DNA of 64,000 nucleotides from Candidatus Marinacidobacterales bacterium (lineage in GTDB: Bacteria; Acidobacteriota; Vicinamibacteria; Marinacidobacterales; SMYC01), in contig OZ250169.1 in the NCBI GenBank assembly GCA_965237955.1, positions 5,568,001 through 5,632,000 on the forward strand, in the 5' to 3' direction. Under the pieces are notes generated by a model that had not been told where the DNA came from, made no database searches, and was given only the letters and a program-made list of their open reading frames with translations. This document shows, piece by piece, positions 11,072 through 20,621 of the stretch. A program made the position numbers and the translations under genes. Each line of letters starts with the position of its first letter. The stretch's first letter is position 1.

Positions 11072-11381
11072 GCTGTGGGAAACGCCCTCACGCTCCTGAT
11101 GGCTCAACACCTTGCGCGACCACTGAGCTCTCTTCGAAGCCTGGGAGGCGTTTTCCATAGCCTCCACTAATCGATTCCCCCTTGCTTATTCCAAATGAAT
11201 GAATCTTTTTTGTATATATGTCAGGAGGGGCTTGTGGGCGCTGTGGGAAACGCGAAGCGTTTTCCAAGCGATTGTGGAAAACGCCGCAGCCTCCGTTTGT
11301 ACGTGCTCACATCCTATCCCTAAACGTCTCTCTCGCTCGTGCTTCCGGCGTTTTCCGCGATCGCGGCAGCGTCCATAGGCC
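11072..11381 (+). other. Two structured inverted-repeat elements (GCTGTGGGAAACGC.../...GCGTTTTCC motif)
   Basis: 11072-11086 pairs with 11147-11161; 11229-11243 with 11367-11381; 11268-11286 with 11346-11364; all mismatches are G-U wobbles on the + strand. Confidence 0.6.
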
Positions 11382-11454
11382 ATACCCTCCCGCCCAAATC
11401 AGATCCCCCGAAACGACAGGAGAACCAGTTTTTTTAGAGATTCAATACTCTTTT

Positions 11455-12570
11455 TTAATCATATTTGGGAAGTATGGCCAATTGATCGGCAAGAGGTTTT
11501 TCTAAGAAGAGGTCAAATTCCGCGAAGAAATCCTCCGATGACATCCCAAAGGTTTTTTGGAACGCTCCTTCCCACCCAAGTTCGTTGAGACTAGGATAGA
11601 AGGTGTCTAGTAGCGCTTCCTGGCCTACCTTGTTTAGCAGATAAGCAACGCACGCGAACAATGCCCAGGCGCCCAAATCATAGGCCGCACGCGAACAATC
11701 ATTGTCGTAAGTAAGTTCATGTAGCTTGGTCCCCGGGCAGTTATCTTCGATCCTATTCTTGCCGCTTTTCATTTTGTTTTCAAAACTCTGTTCGAGGGAG
11801 CTCAAACCACTATTGTCGATCGTGGTCAACTTCCCTGAGGCCCACAACTTTCTTACAGTAGTTTGCGCCATGTACTCAGCTCCACCCTCCTTAGACCAGA
11901 CGGGTCCCAGGAGTGCACGCCTTTTGTCCGGATCGTTTGATTGAAGGTGAGCATGCTGTACGGCGTGAAAGTACTCATGAAATACGGTTTTTTGATCCCC
12001 TCCTGGACTTGAACCAAACAGTTTGTCAAAGCCGAGAGGATACGAAGAAATAAACAAATGAATACCCCATCCACGCTTGCCATTACGTCCCATGGACCCA
12101 CCCCCCTTCTCACGTGCAATGGCGTCAGCGCCTTTCTGCCGATAGTACTCAAATCGATGTTTTTCGTTAGGGTCCAGGTTCTCAGTTAGGCATTGAGACT
12201 TTTCAGAATTCCCACGCTGCGAGCGACGTTCACAGAATAGTTCAGTAAGGTCCTTGGCAGCCTCTAGATCCGTTCCTAACACCCAATACTCCAGCGGTCC
12301 GTAGTTTCCCCATTCGGCCGTTGCTACAAGCAATGTATTGGTTAAACCGTTACGCACATCGTCAGACAAGTCTGCTGCAAAGAATGTCTCTGGTGGAGCC
12401 TCGATAATTTGCCCCCAAGTATCTGCTGCAACATCTTCATTCGCCGAGCTTTCTGACGTCGTTTCAGTTCCCTCAGTTGTAGTTTCTGAAATAACATTCT
12501 GATCTTGAACTTTGTCTCCTACACAAGAAATTAATAATGTTAATCCAAAGAATAAAAGTAGTTTTTTCAT
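11455..12570 (-). CDS. Hypothetical lipoprotein with zincin HExxH motif
   Basis: AGGAGG RBS before MKKLLLFFGLTLLISC lipobox; HEYFH then W.KEGGAEY; AT-richer than neighbours. Confidence 0.7.
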   Translation of the reverse strand: MKKLLLFFGLTLLISCVGDKVQDQNVISETTTEGTETTSESSANEDVAADTWGQIIEAPPETFFAADLSDDVRNGLTNTLLVATAEWGNYGPLEYWVLGTDLEAAKDLTELFCERRSQRGNSEKSQCLTENLDPNEKHRFEYYRQKGADAIAREKGGGSMGRNGKRGWGIHLFISSYPLGFDKLFGSSPGGDQKTVFHEYFHAVQHAHLQSNDPDKRRALLGPVWSKEGGAEYMAQTTVRKLWASGKLTTIDNSGLSSLEQSFENKMKSGKNRIEDNCPGTKLHELTYDNDCSRAAYDLGAWALFACVAYLLNKVGQEALLDTFYPSLNELGWEGAFQKTFGMSSEDFFAEFDLFLEKPLADQLAILPKYD

Positions 12571-12713
12571 TGTTGAAAACCCTCCTACTATTTCTGATCT
12601 TGCTCTTGTTCCAAAAACCCCGTACAAATTGTTTTTATAATCAATCCAAAATCTGGTTTTTTCCTCCAACAGCCTTTTGTCCCCCTTCCGATCCTCCACC
12701 GTTCAGGCCCAAA

Positions 12714-14095
12714 TCACGGTACTCTCGGTCGAATCGCCGCCTTTGCCGTCGTTATTTCAACGACTGCCGTCTGAAGGCCCGAAGGCTCCGTGGTCAGCTG
12801 GATCACCCCCGGCTGCTTCGTCGCCTGGATGATGACCATCGCGAGGCCGTTGAAGGCGCTCCGCTTGTCCGCCTTGTCCGGCTCGTGGCTCGAGGGGTCC
12901 CCGTTTCCCACGCCGATGATCTGCCCGGGGCCCTCTAGACTGAATTGCACCTCGTTCCCCGCGGTCGGCACGAACCGACCCTGCGCGTCGAGGATTCTGA
13001 CTTTCACCAGGGAGACGTCCTCTCCGTCCGCGTTGACGCTCAAGCGGTCGGGCTCGAGTGCTATGCCGGCTGGCTCCGCCGCCGTCTCTCGCCTGGTCTC
13101 GACGACGACCTCTCCGTCCCGGTAGCACTTGGCTTCCAGAACTCCCGGCTCCCACTCGACCTTCCACGACAGGCTCGAGTGCGGCTGCATGTCTTGGTGT
13201 CCCTGGCTCTCCCCGTTGAGAAACAGCTCGACGCTCTCGCAGTTGCTATAGCACTGGACCTCGATCGTCCTGTCGCTCTCGTCTCTGTCCGCCCAGTTCC
13301 AGTGCGGGAATAGGTGAAGGACGGTCTCGTCGCTCCAGACCGACTTGTAGTAGTAATAGTCCTCCTTGGGGAAACCGCAGAGGTCCATGATGCCGTAGTT
13401 TGAGATGACAGAGGGCCAGTCATAGGGATACGGCTCGCCGCGATAGTCCATGCCATTCCAGACGAATCCGCCCGCCACGTAATTAGACTCGGCCACCATG
13501 CGCCAGGTCCGCTCGGCCCTGGGGTTGTAGCAGCTGCGATGGCCCTTCTTTGTGTCCTCGTCATATACCCCGCGCGTCGTCTTGGCGTAGGCGGTCTCGA
13601 GGGCCACCATCGGGCGCTCCTGGTTTTCAGCATGGTAATCGTCATAATTGTCCGGATTAAAACCCCTGACATCGAGGACTTCTGTGAAGTTTATGAGATC
13701 TTCTAATAACTCAATCTCATCAGGCGAGCGCGCGCCTCCGAGTGGTCCCACGGGCCCGGTGGTGGGTCGGTAGGGATCCAGCCGCTTGATCACGTCATGC
13801 ATCGCCTGCAACTGTTTCTTTGCCTCCTCATAGCCCTGCTTCAACGCCTCGTTGTACATGCTCCAGAGGATGATGCTGGGGTGGTTCCTGTCGCGCCGCA
13901 CCAAGCTTTCCACGGTGGCCAGCACCTCCTCCGAATCACCCATATGGCGGTTCTCGTCAATCACCAGCATCCCCAGGCGATCGGCCGCGTCCAGTACCTC
14001 CACGGTCGGCGGGTTGTGCGCAGCGCGGTAGGCGTTGGCACCCATCTCCTTGAGCTTCTCTAACCGGTAAACGTTGATCCTGTCTGGCAATGGCA
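12714..14095 (-). pseudogene. GH2 beta-galactosidase-like protein, 5'-truncated (rest of TIM barrel plus C-terminal Ig-like domains)
   Basis: LKEMGANAYRAAHNPP, RDRNHPSIILWSMYNE, GGFVWNGMDYRGEP, GIMDLCGFPK, GVGNGDPSSHE; N-terminal domains absent. Confidence 0.85.
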
Positions 14096-14099
14096 TCTT

Positions 14100-14334
14100 C
14101 TTCATACCCGTGGCTGGCTACGACGCTCAGAGTCTCTTTAGAATCGTCGAGTAGCAGGATGGAGTGGCTGAAGCCGAAGAGATCGTCCATGGTGCCGAGG
14201 ACGATGTCGAGGATCTCGTCGAGGTTCAGAGTGGAGTTGATGACGGTCGAGACTTGTTGAAGGATGCGGACTTCCGCGGTCTTTTGGGCGAGCTCGTCTT
14301 CGAGCTCGGCGCTCGCCGGACGTTCGGAGTTCAT
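14100..14334 (-). pseudogene. GAF-domain protein, 3'-truncated
   Basis: MNSERPAS...RILQQVSTVINSTLNLDEILDIVLGTM...SILLLDDSKETLSVVASHGY, then abrupt switch to GH2 sequence. Confidence 0.7.
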
Positions 14335-14339
14335 GGGCA

Positions 14340-14759
14340 CTACCTGGAAGGTTTGAGAGAAACTTTGCGGACCGATTGGACTTCGTAGACATCCGCCGCT
14401 TTGAGCTTGAAGATCCCGGACATTCCGCTCACCGAGGCGATGGCCTCGATCTGCATGTCCATCTCGTCGAAAATAGGGCCTTCCGTTTCCGAGTGATCGT
14501 AGCGAGCCTGAATAATCCAATGCGCGTATCCGTGATAGTCATTCAGGAGGACGCAAGCATTCGGATTCTCGCGGACGTTTTTGACCGTCTTGTTGAAAAA
14601 CTGAAAGGATAGAGCCACATGCTCCGGGTCCACATAATAGACCTGGGAGATGATGGTCGTGTTCGGTACACCATCTGCCGAGCACGATATGACCAGTGCG
14701 GGAATACCGTTCTCCATGACCGGCTTGATCGCGTCTGGGAGCTCGACCCGTTCCATCAT
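14340..14759 (-). CDS. Pyridoxamine 5'-phosphate oxidase-like (split-barrel flavin-binding) protein
   Basis: SCSADGVPNTTIISQVYYVDPEHVALSFQFFNKTVKNVRENP; start overlaps upstream stop. Confidence 0.8.
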   Translation of the reverse strand: MMERVELPDAIKPVMENGIPALVISCSADGVPNTTIISQVYYVDPEHVALSFQFFNKTVKNVRENPNACVLLNDYHGYAHWIIQARYDHSETEGPIFDEMDMQIEAIASVSGMSGIFKLKAADVYEVQSVRKVSLKPSR

Positions 14760-15230
14760 TTCTCCGCGGGTACGAGTCTGCGCCCGGCGCCCGGGCCAGG
14801 AGTCTGGAGATAGATTTCCTGCACTTTGAAGCTTATGGCCACACTCGGTTCGGCGGCGGACGCGCGGCAGCTGTCCTCCGAGAATCCAAACAGCTTGGTT
14901 CCACGGTCGACCAGGTTCGCTCGGCACTGCTCGAAGGCGGCAACGTCCGATTCGCTGTACGACCGGGCTGAAACGAAATCTCCCTTGAATTGGTAGGTTT
15001 GGTGCAAGGGTACTTTCGCAGACGGTTACAGCAAAGTGACCGTTGTCTTCGAGCGATGGGATCAGATCCGGGATGAAGTGCTCGGCAACGAGGCAGGTGA
15101 TCGTCTGCCGGTCCGGCTCGACGAACCATCCCGAAAGCCGGTGCACGTGCGGGACGAGATCCTTGTCTCGGGTGCCACCGATGCCCACCGTCGCGGTTTT
15201 CAGGAACTCGATGATCGCGTCCGGGATCAA
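14756..15230 (-). CDS. Pyridoxamine 5'-phosphate oxidase-like protein, frameshift at ~15014
   Basis: GGAGG RBS plus TTG; GTRDKDLVP...LEDNGHFAVT; deleting one A from GAAAGTA gives CEVPLHQTYQFKG...IYLQTPGPGAG. Confidence 0.7.
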
Positions 15231-15556
15231 GGTAAGCTGCCTCCATGCTCTGTGCTTCTCCGAGCGACGAGCTATTCTTTGTCAGTCCGTAGTCGAGACA
15301 AATTCTAATGGAGGAAACCGCGCTGAGCAAGCAGTCGCAGCGCGATCCGCCAGCGCTCAACTCAGAACGTCCTCATGGCCTTCGAGAAATCGAGCCCAAG
15401 CGGGAGCGCTTCTCGAGAGTCGCGTCCTAAGAGAGGCCATCTCGCCGCTGCTCATCGGCATGAAGCTACGGGTGCTTGCCCCGGTCGCTGTTGACCGGTT
15501 GCCCTCAAGTACAAGAGATCGTGGGTTGAAACAGAGAGTTTTTCAGCCCGGTACAC

Positions 15557-16030
15557 TTGAGCGGTGAGCGCGATCGACGACAAAGCATGCTCAAGATCAA
15601 GACTCGGCGGAACAATCGCGTCGTCCGAGTCGAGCGGCGCGTGGAGAGCGGTACCGCGAGGCGGTTGAAGGACGCGCGGTTGGAGTCAGAGGATTCCGAG
15701 AACCTGAACACGTCGTTCGTCGAGCGCCTCAACCTTACCATTCGTCAAGGGTCAGCGTACTTGCGCCGTCGCTCGCCATGCCACACCCGTTGCCAAGACC
15801 AGCTCCGCGAGCACGTTGAGCTTCTGCGTTGTCATTACAACTTCGTCCGGCCGCACAGAGCTTTGAAGTTCGGGCGAGAGACCAGGACGCCGGCGATGCA
15901 AGCCGGTTTGGTGAGTAAGCGATTGACCTTGAGCGATATCTTCACCGCACGCGGTGTCTCTCTGCGTCTTTTTGTGCCAGTTGTGCACGTCTCTGTTACC
16001 GTCCGGCCCACGGAATCTCACGCAGCCTAG
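15557..16030 (+). pseudogene. IS1-like DDE transposase C-terminal fragment
   Basis: NTSFVERLNLTIRQ...HYNFVRPHRAL...RTPAMQAGL. Confidence 0.75.
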
Positions 16031-16133
16031 CTGCCGACGATCTCATGGCCGCACGATCAAAGAACGGCTGCCTGATCAACAGCGGATGGCGCAAGCACCG
16101 GTGAATGACCCCGAAACATTCTCGTGTCAGCAA

Positions 16134-17846
16134 TCAGTAGGTAGCTACCCCACCGAACTCCCGTCTGAAGTCGGAGCCGCCTTCGAAGATCTTTTCTTCG
16201 CGGTTGTAGATGATGACCTGAAAACATCCGATTGCGTTGGTGAGCTCGAGCGTGTGGCCTCTCACGCGCAACAAGTCAAGCGTGTCCCGAGAGAACGCGT
16301 TGCCCTCGATGCGGATGCGATCGGGTAGCCACTGGTGGTGAAAACGACCAGCATCAACGACGTCTTGCGCGTTCAAGCCATAGTCGACGGCGTGCAAGAT
16401 TGTCTGCACGACACCACTGATGATGGTGCGACCACCCGGGGTGCCTGTCACCATGAACAGCTCGCCATCTTTGGCGACGATCGTCGGGGTCATGCTCGAC
16501 ATCGGCCTCTTTCCCGGTGCCGGAAGGTTCCGCTCGATGCCGATCAAATTCGTCTGGGTCCTTCCTTCCCAGCCGTTTTCGCCCACCATGTAGGCATCAG
16601 GCACACCATGGAAATCGCCAAGCTCCGTATTGAGGAGAAACCCAGCGCCGGTCACGACCGACATCGTACGCCCAATGGTATAGATGACCGACACGGCGTT
16701 CCGCTCGCCGTCCACGACCGAGTAGGCCGTCGTTTCCGGACTCTCGCTGGGCAACTCGAAACCCGTCGTCGACGACGTCGAGGCACGATCGAGGTCGATC
16801 GTTGTACGGAGTTGATTCGCGTACTCCTTCGACGTCAGCCGCTCGACAGGAATGCCGGGGTTGAAATCTGGATCGCCCATGAAGCGCGCCCGGTCGGCGA
16901 AGCCACGCCGCATCGCTTCCACCATGACGTGAACGCTCGCCGCCGAGTGCATTCCCATCGCGTTCATATCGAATCCTTCGAGGATGTTGAGCATCTCCAC
17001 TATTGCAGTGCCGCCGGTGCTCGGCGGCGGCATGGTGATGATTTCGTAGCCGCGGTAAGTACCTCGGATGGCGGTGCGCTTGACCGCTTGCTCGCCCTTC
17101 AAGTCGTCGAGGGTGATGAGACCGTCGACACGCATCATCTCTTCGACGATGAGACGCGCCGTCTCACCTTCGTAAAAACCCGCCGCGCCGTTTTCCGCGA
17201 TGCGCTCGAGAGTATCGGCCAAGTCGGGTTGTTTGAGGATGTCGCCGGCGCGGTACGGCTCTCCGTTTTTCGTGAACTGAGCGAGCGTCCCTGGGTGACC
17301 CTTATACCTCTCCGCAAAGCCTTTGAGTTGACGCTCGAAGTTGACCGTCACCAGAATCCCGTCCCGCGCAAGAGCGATCGCGGGCGCGACCAACTGGCTC
17401 CATGGGAGCTTCCCATGCTCTTGCCAAGCGAGGTAGAACCCCGAGACGGTTCCGGGGATGCCCACGGTACGGCCGCTCCTGTAGTGGAGGTCCCGGCTGT
17501 ATTTACCGTCTTTCATGAACAGATCCGCGGTGGTGGCCGCTGGGGCTTTCTCGCGGAAGTCATAGGTGCTCGCTTCGCCGTTCGCGGCGCGGAACACCAT
17601 GAAGCCGCCGCCGCCGATATTCCCCGCACCCGGACGCGTTACCGCAAGGGCGAGCCCGGTGGCGACCGCGGCGTCGACCGCGTTGCCTCCGGCTCGGAGA
17701 ACGGTGAGCCCCGCTTCCGACGCGGGCATCTTCTCGGAGACCACCATGCCGCTCCGGCCCCGGATGGGCCTGGAGCTCGCGTAGAGATGCGACGTCGCGA
17801 ACGATAAGACGATGGCGAGAGCCGAAAGCCGCTTTGAATAGTTCAT
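16134..17846 (-). CDS. ggt: Gamma-glutamyltransferase, secreted
   Basis: Signal peptide; GGNAVDAAVA, GGGGFM, DFREKAP, autocleavage ETTAYSVVD, PGKRPMSSMTP, GTPGG. Confidence 0.93.
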   Translation of the reverse strand: MNYSKRLSALAIVLSFATSHLYASSRPIRGRSGMVVSEKMPASEAGLTVLRAGGNAVDAAVATGLALAVTRPGAGNIGGGGFMVFRAANGEASTYDFREKAPAATTADLFMKDGKYSRDLHYRSGRTVGIPGTVSGFYLAWQEHGKLPWSQLVAPAIALARDGILVTVNFERQLKGFAERYKGHPGTLAQFTKNGEPYRAGDILKQPDLADTLERIAENGAAGFYEGETARLIVEEMMRVDGLITLDDLKGEQAVKRTAIRGTYRGYEIITMPPPSTGGTAIVEMLNILEGFDMNAMGMHSAASVHVMVEAMRRGFADRARFMGDPDFNPGIPVERLTSKEYANQLRTTIDLDRASTSSTTGFELPSESPETTAYSVVDGERNAVSVIYTIGRTMSVVTGAGFLLNTELGDFHGVPDAYMVGENGWEGRTQTNLIGIERNLPAPGKRPMSSMTPTIVAKDGELFMVTGTPGGRTIISGVVQTILHAVDYGLNAQDVVDAGRFHHQWLPDRIRIEGNAFSRDTLDLLRVRGHTLELTNAIGCFQVIIYNREEKIFEGGSDFRREFGGVATY

Positions 17847-18330
17847 GGGGTCCTCCTAAGCAGCGCCACGATAACATATCGCCGAGCGATTGCGCCACCC
17901 GGAGGTGCACCGCTACAACGGACTTGCGGTGGAATATTCCTGAGCAGCTTCTTTCGAAAAGCTAGCTCTCGCGCCCATGATGACGACATCGTACGACTTG
18001 TCGGTCATAGCAATCCAGGCGAACCGGGCGCCATCATACCCGCCAGTCCCGAGTCGGTACAATCCGCCGCTTTCGAATCGTGGTCGAGTGGTCTTATTGA
18101 TGTGCCAGTTTTGAATGGAGGCCTCCATGTCCCAGTTATCGACTCTCGATCGGCGGAAGCCCGTGCATCAGAGGGCGAACCCAGGAGACCTCCTATCGCC
18201 AGGCGGAGCCTGCCCTGCAACGTGGCGGATCTGGCCTTTACCGCATCCTCCCGCGCTTTCATTTCCACGGCGATGAATGTAATCTTGGTCGGACCACAGA
18301 GCCCGGACCACAGAGTATGGAGCCATCCTA

Positions 18331-19827
18331 ATGAATCTCAAAGTGCAGACGCTTCTTGCTTTGATCCTCCTCTTGAGCGTGAGCCCCGGCCTGATGGCCC
18401 AGGGCGAGCTTGCGCCGTCGGTACCACCCCTCTATCCCCCACCCTCCACCACGCAGCATAGCGTCGAGATCGCGGGCCGGACACTTCAATACACCGCGAC
18501 AGCGGCGACGATTCCACTGACGGATCAAGTCGGCAAGACGATGGCGCACGTCTTCTTCATTGCGTACGAGAAAGACGGCGTCGATGACCCAAGAATCCGT
18601 CCTCTCCTTTTCTCGTTCAACGGCGGGCCGGGCGCCGCCTCCACTTTGATGCACATGGGTCTCCTCGGACCTCGGCGAGCCCTCCTTGACGACGATGGGT
18701 TCCAGCTCGAGCCGCCCTACCAGTTGGTCAACAACGAGTACTCGGCGCTCGACGTCGCGGACCTCGTTTTCATCGATCCGGTCTCGACCGGCTACAGCCG
18801 GGCCGTCCCCGATGTCGATCCGAAACAGTTTCACGGCTTCCGGGAAGATCTCGAGTCGGTGGGAGAGTTCATACGGCTCTACGTGACTCGCTACAAACGA
18901 TGGGACTCGCCCAAGTTTCTCATCGGGGAAAGTTATGGCAGCCGGCGTGCGGCCGGCCTCTCAGCGCACCTTCAGCGTGAACACGGTATGGACCTGAACG
19001 GCATCATCCTCGTCTCGGCGGGCTCGCTGGGCCAGCAATACGGCAACTTCGGGATGCTGGAATATGCCTTGAACCTCCCCCACTTCGCCGCCACCGCTTG
19101 GTACCACAAGAAAATTGCCTCCGATCTCCAGGCCAAGCCCCTGCGTGAGGTCCTCGACGAGGTCGAGACCTTCGCCCTCGAGGATTACGCCATAGCGCTG
19201 ATCAAGGGAAACCGCCTGACCCAGGACGAGCGGGACGACATGGTTCGCCGGCTCTCGCGGTACACGGGTCTTTCAGAAGACTACATCGCAGCCACCCACC
19301 TCCGCATCACGCGCGTTCGTTTCCGGAAGCAATTGCTGCGCGATGAGAACCGCACGGTGGGCCGGATCGACAGCCGGTACACAGGAATCGACTCCGATGC
19401 CGCGGGGGAGCTGATAGAGTTCGATCCCGCCCAGGCCAATCTTCGCGGCACCTTCGCAGCAACGATGAACAGCTACCTCAGAAATGCTCTTCGATACGAA
19501 GTGGACTTGAAGTACGAGGCCTCGGCCAACGTAAAGCCTTGGAATCCGGCGCCGGATCTCAATCTCCTCGAAGCGCTCCGCTCGGCCATGGCTCAGAACC
19601 AGAACCTCAGAGTGCTAGTGGCCGATGGCTACTACGACAAGCTCTACTTCTGGCCCGCCTTTACCTTTTCGCAGTTCGACTTCAACCCGGAGCTCAGAAA
19701 AAGGGTCCGGATCGCAACTTACGAGGCGGGTCACATGATGTATCTCCGCAAGGCGTCGCTTGCCAAGATGAAAAGCGACATCGCCGATTTCATCCTCTCC
19801 GCCGTGCCGGAGTGGACATCGCCCTAG
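18331..19827 (+). CDS. Serine carboxypeptidase S10 family, secreted
   Basis: FNGGPGAAS, DPVSTGYSR, GESYG nucleophile, GYYD, GHMMY. Confidence 0.92.
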   Translation: MNLKVQTLLALILLLSVSPGLMAQGELAPSVPPLYPPPSTTQHSVEIAGRTLQYTATAATIPLTDQVGKTMAHVFFIAYEKDGVDDPRIRPLLFSFNGGPGAASTLMHMGLLGPRRALLDDDGFQLEPPYQLVNNEYSALDVADLVFIDPVSTGYSRAVPDVDPKQFHGFREDLESVGEFIRLYVTRYKRWDSPKFLIGESYGSRRAAGLSAHLQREHGMDLNGIILVSAGSLGQQYGNFGMLEYALNLPHFAATAWYHKKIASDLQAKPLREVLDEVETFALEDYAIALIKGNRLTQDERDDMVRRLSRYTGLSEDYIAATHLRITRVRFRKQLLRDENRTVGRIDSRYTGIDSDAAGELIEFDPAQANLRGTFAATMNSYLRNALRYEVDLKYEASANVKPWNPAPDLNLLEALRSAMAQNQNLRVLVADGYYDKLYFWPAFTFSQFDFNPELRKRVRIATYEAGHMMYLRKASLAKMKSDIADFILSAVPEWTSP

Positions 19828-19912
19828 CAACGCGCCGTCTCGATTGGGCATCGAGTTCGCACCTCCAGCCGTAGAACTCTGTTAATCGAGCAAAGAAATC
19901 AAGCGCCGGAGT

Positions 19913-20320
19913 TCAAGTCTTCAACGCAAATGTTAGCCTTTGGGCGTCCCCAAAGGTGCGTCCTCCGAGAGCATTGAGCTCGGCGAGCATCAGCGCTAGT
20001 CCCCTGGAACAGAGGTTCGTAGCCTAAAGCTCGACGCCATTTTGTGGGTTGGCGAGGCGTGACGACGAAGTCATATTGGAATATTTCGAGGAGGAACAAC
20101 GAAGCCAGCGCGCAAAAAGGGCCCGAGATTTAGGCTACGAACCTCTGTTCCAGGGGACTAGGGCATGACGGACTTTCGGCTGGTCCGGCGGCCTGAGCTC
20201 AACGACAATCTCGTCGGTCGATTTGTTCGTTATTGTGCCTGGAAGTTGGAGAATCGAACGAAAAATGGTTAACCAATCCCTGGGATCTTCGTAGTGCTGG
20301 AAGAAGCGGCGCGGGCGCCT
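19913..20320 (-). pseudogene. C-terminal remnant of a putative transposase interrupted by a MITE
   Basis: After removing the MITE and one CTAG: ...ILQLPGTITNKSTDEIVVELRPPDQPKVRHALALMLAELNALGGRTFGDAQRLTFALKT*; transposase identity is by resemblance only. Confidence 0.55.
19996..20161. mobile_element. MITE with perfect terminal inverted repeats and CTAG target duplication
   Basis: 19996-20028 CTAGTCCCCTGGAACAGAGGTTCGTAGCCTAAA is the exact reverse complement of 20129-20161; excision restores the flanking frame. Confidence 0.85.
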
Positions 20321-20621
20321 CGGCATTATAGGTGGCGATCTTAATGGCAATGACAAGGTTTCGTCGCTTCGTTCGCATCGTGACCGCATGGAGCCGGGAC
20401 GAACGTTACTACGAAAAGCATTGAGGCTAATCAAAGCGCATCGCGCGTGGGCTGAACTAGCTTGCGGCCACCCGACGTAGTAAAATGTCCGGCCCCGCGG
20501 CCGAAACCGCTCACGACAGGTTTACTAGCGACCATCCATGAAACAAATAAGCATTCAAATCCGCTCAGCTTGGGGCACACTGCGTTGGTCGTTGCCTCGC
20601 TCGAGCGGCGGGAGGTAAATC

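Noticed and set aside
14340-15230. Single 296-aa double-PNPOx fusion as shown in the ORF track
   Set aside because: Created by a 1-nt insertion; the corrected reading gives two genes with overlapping stop/start.
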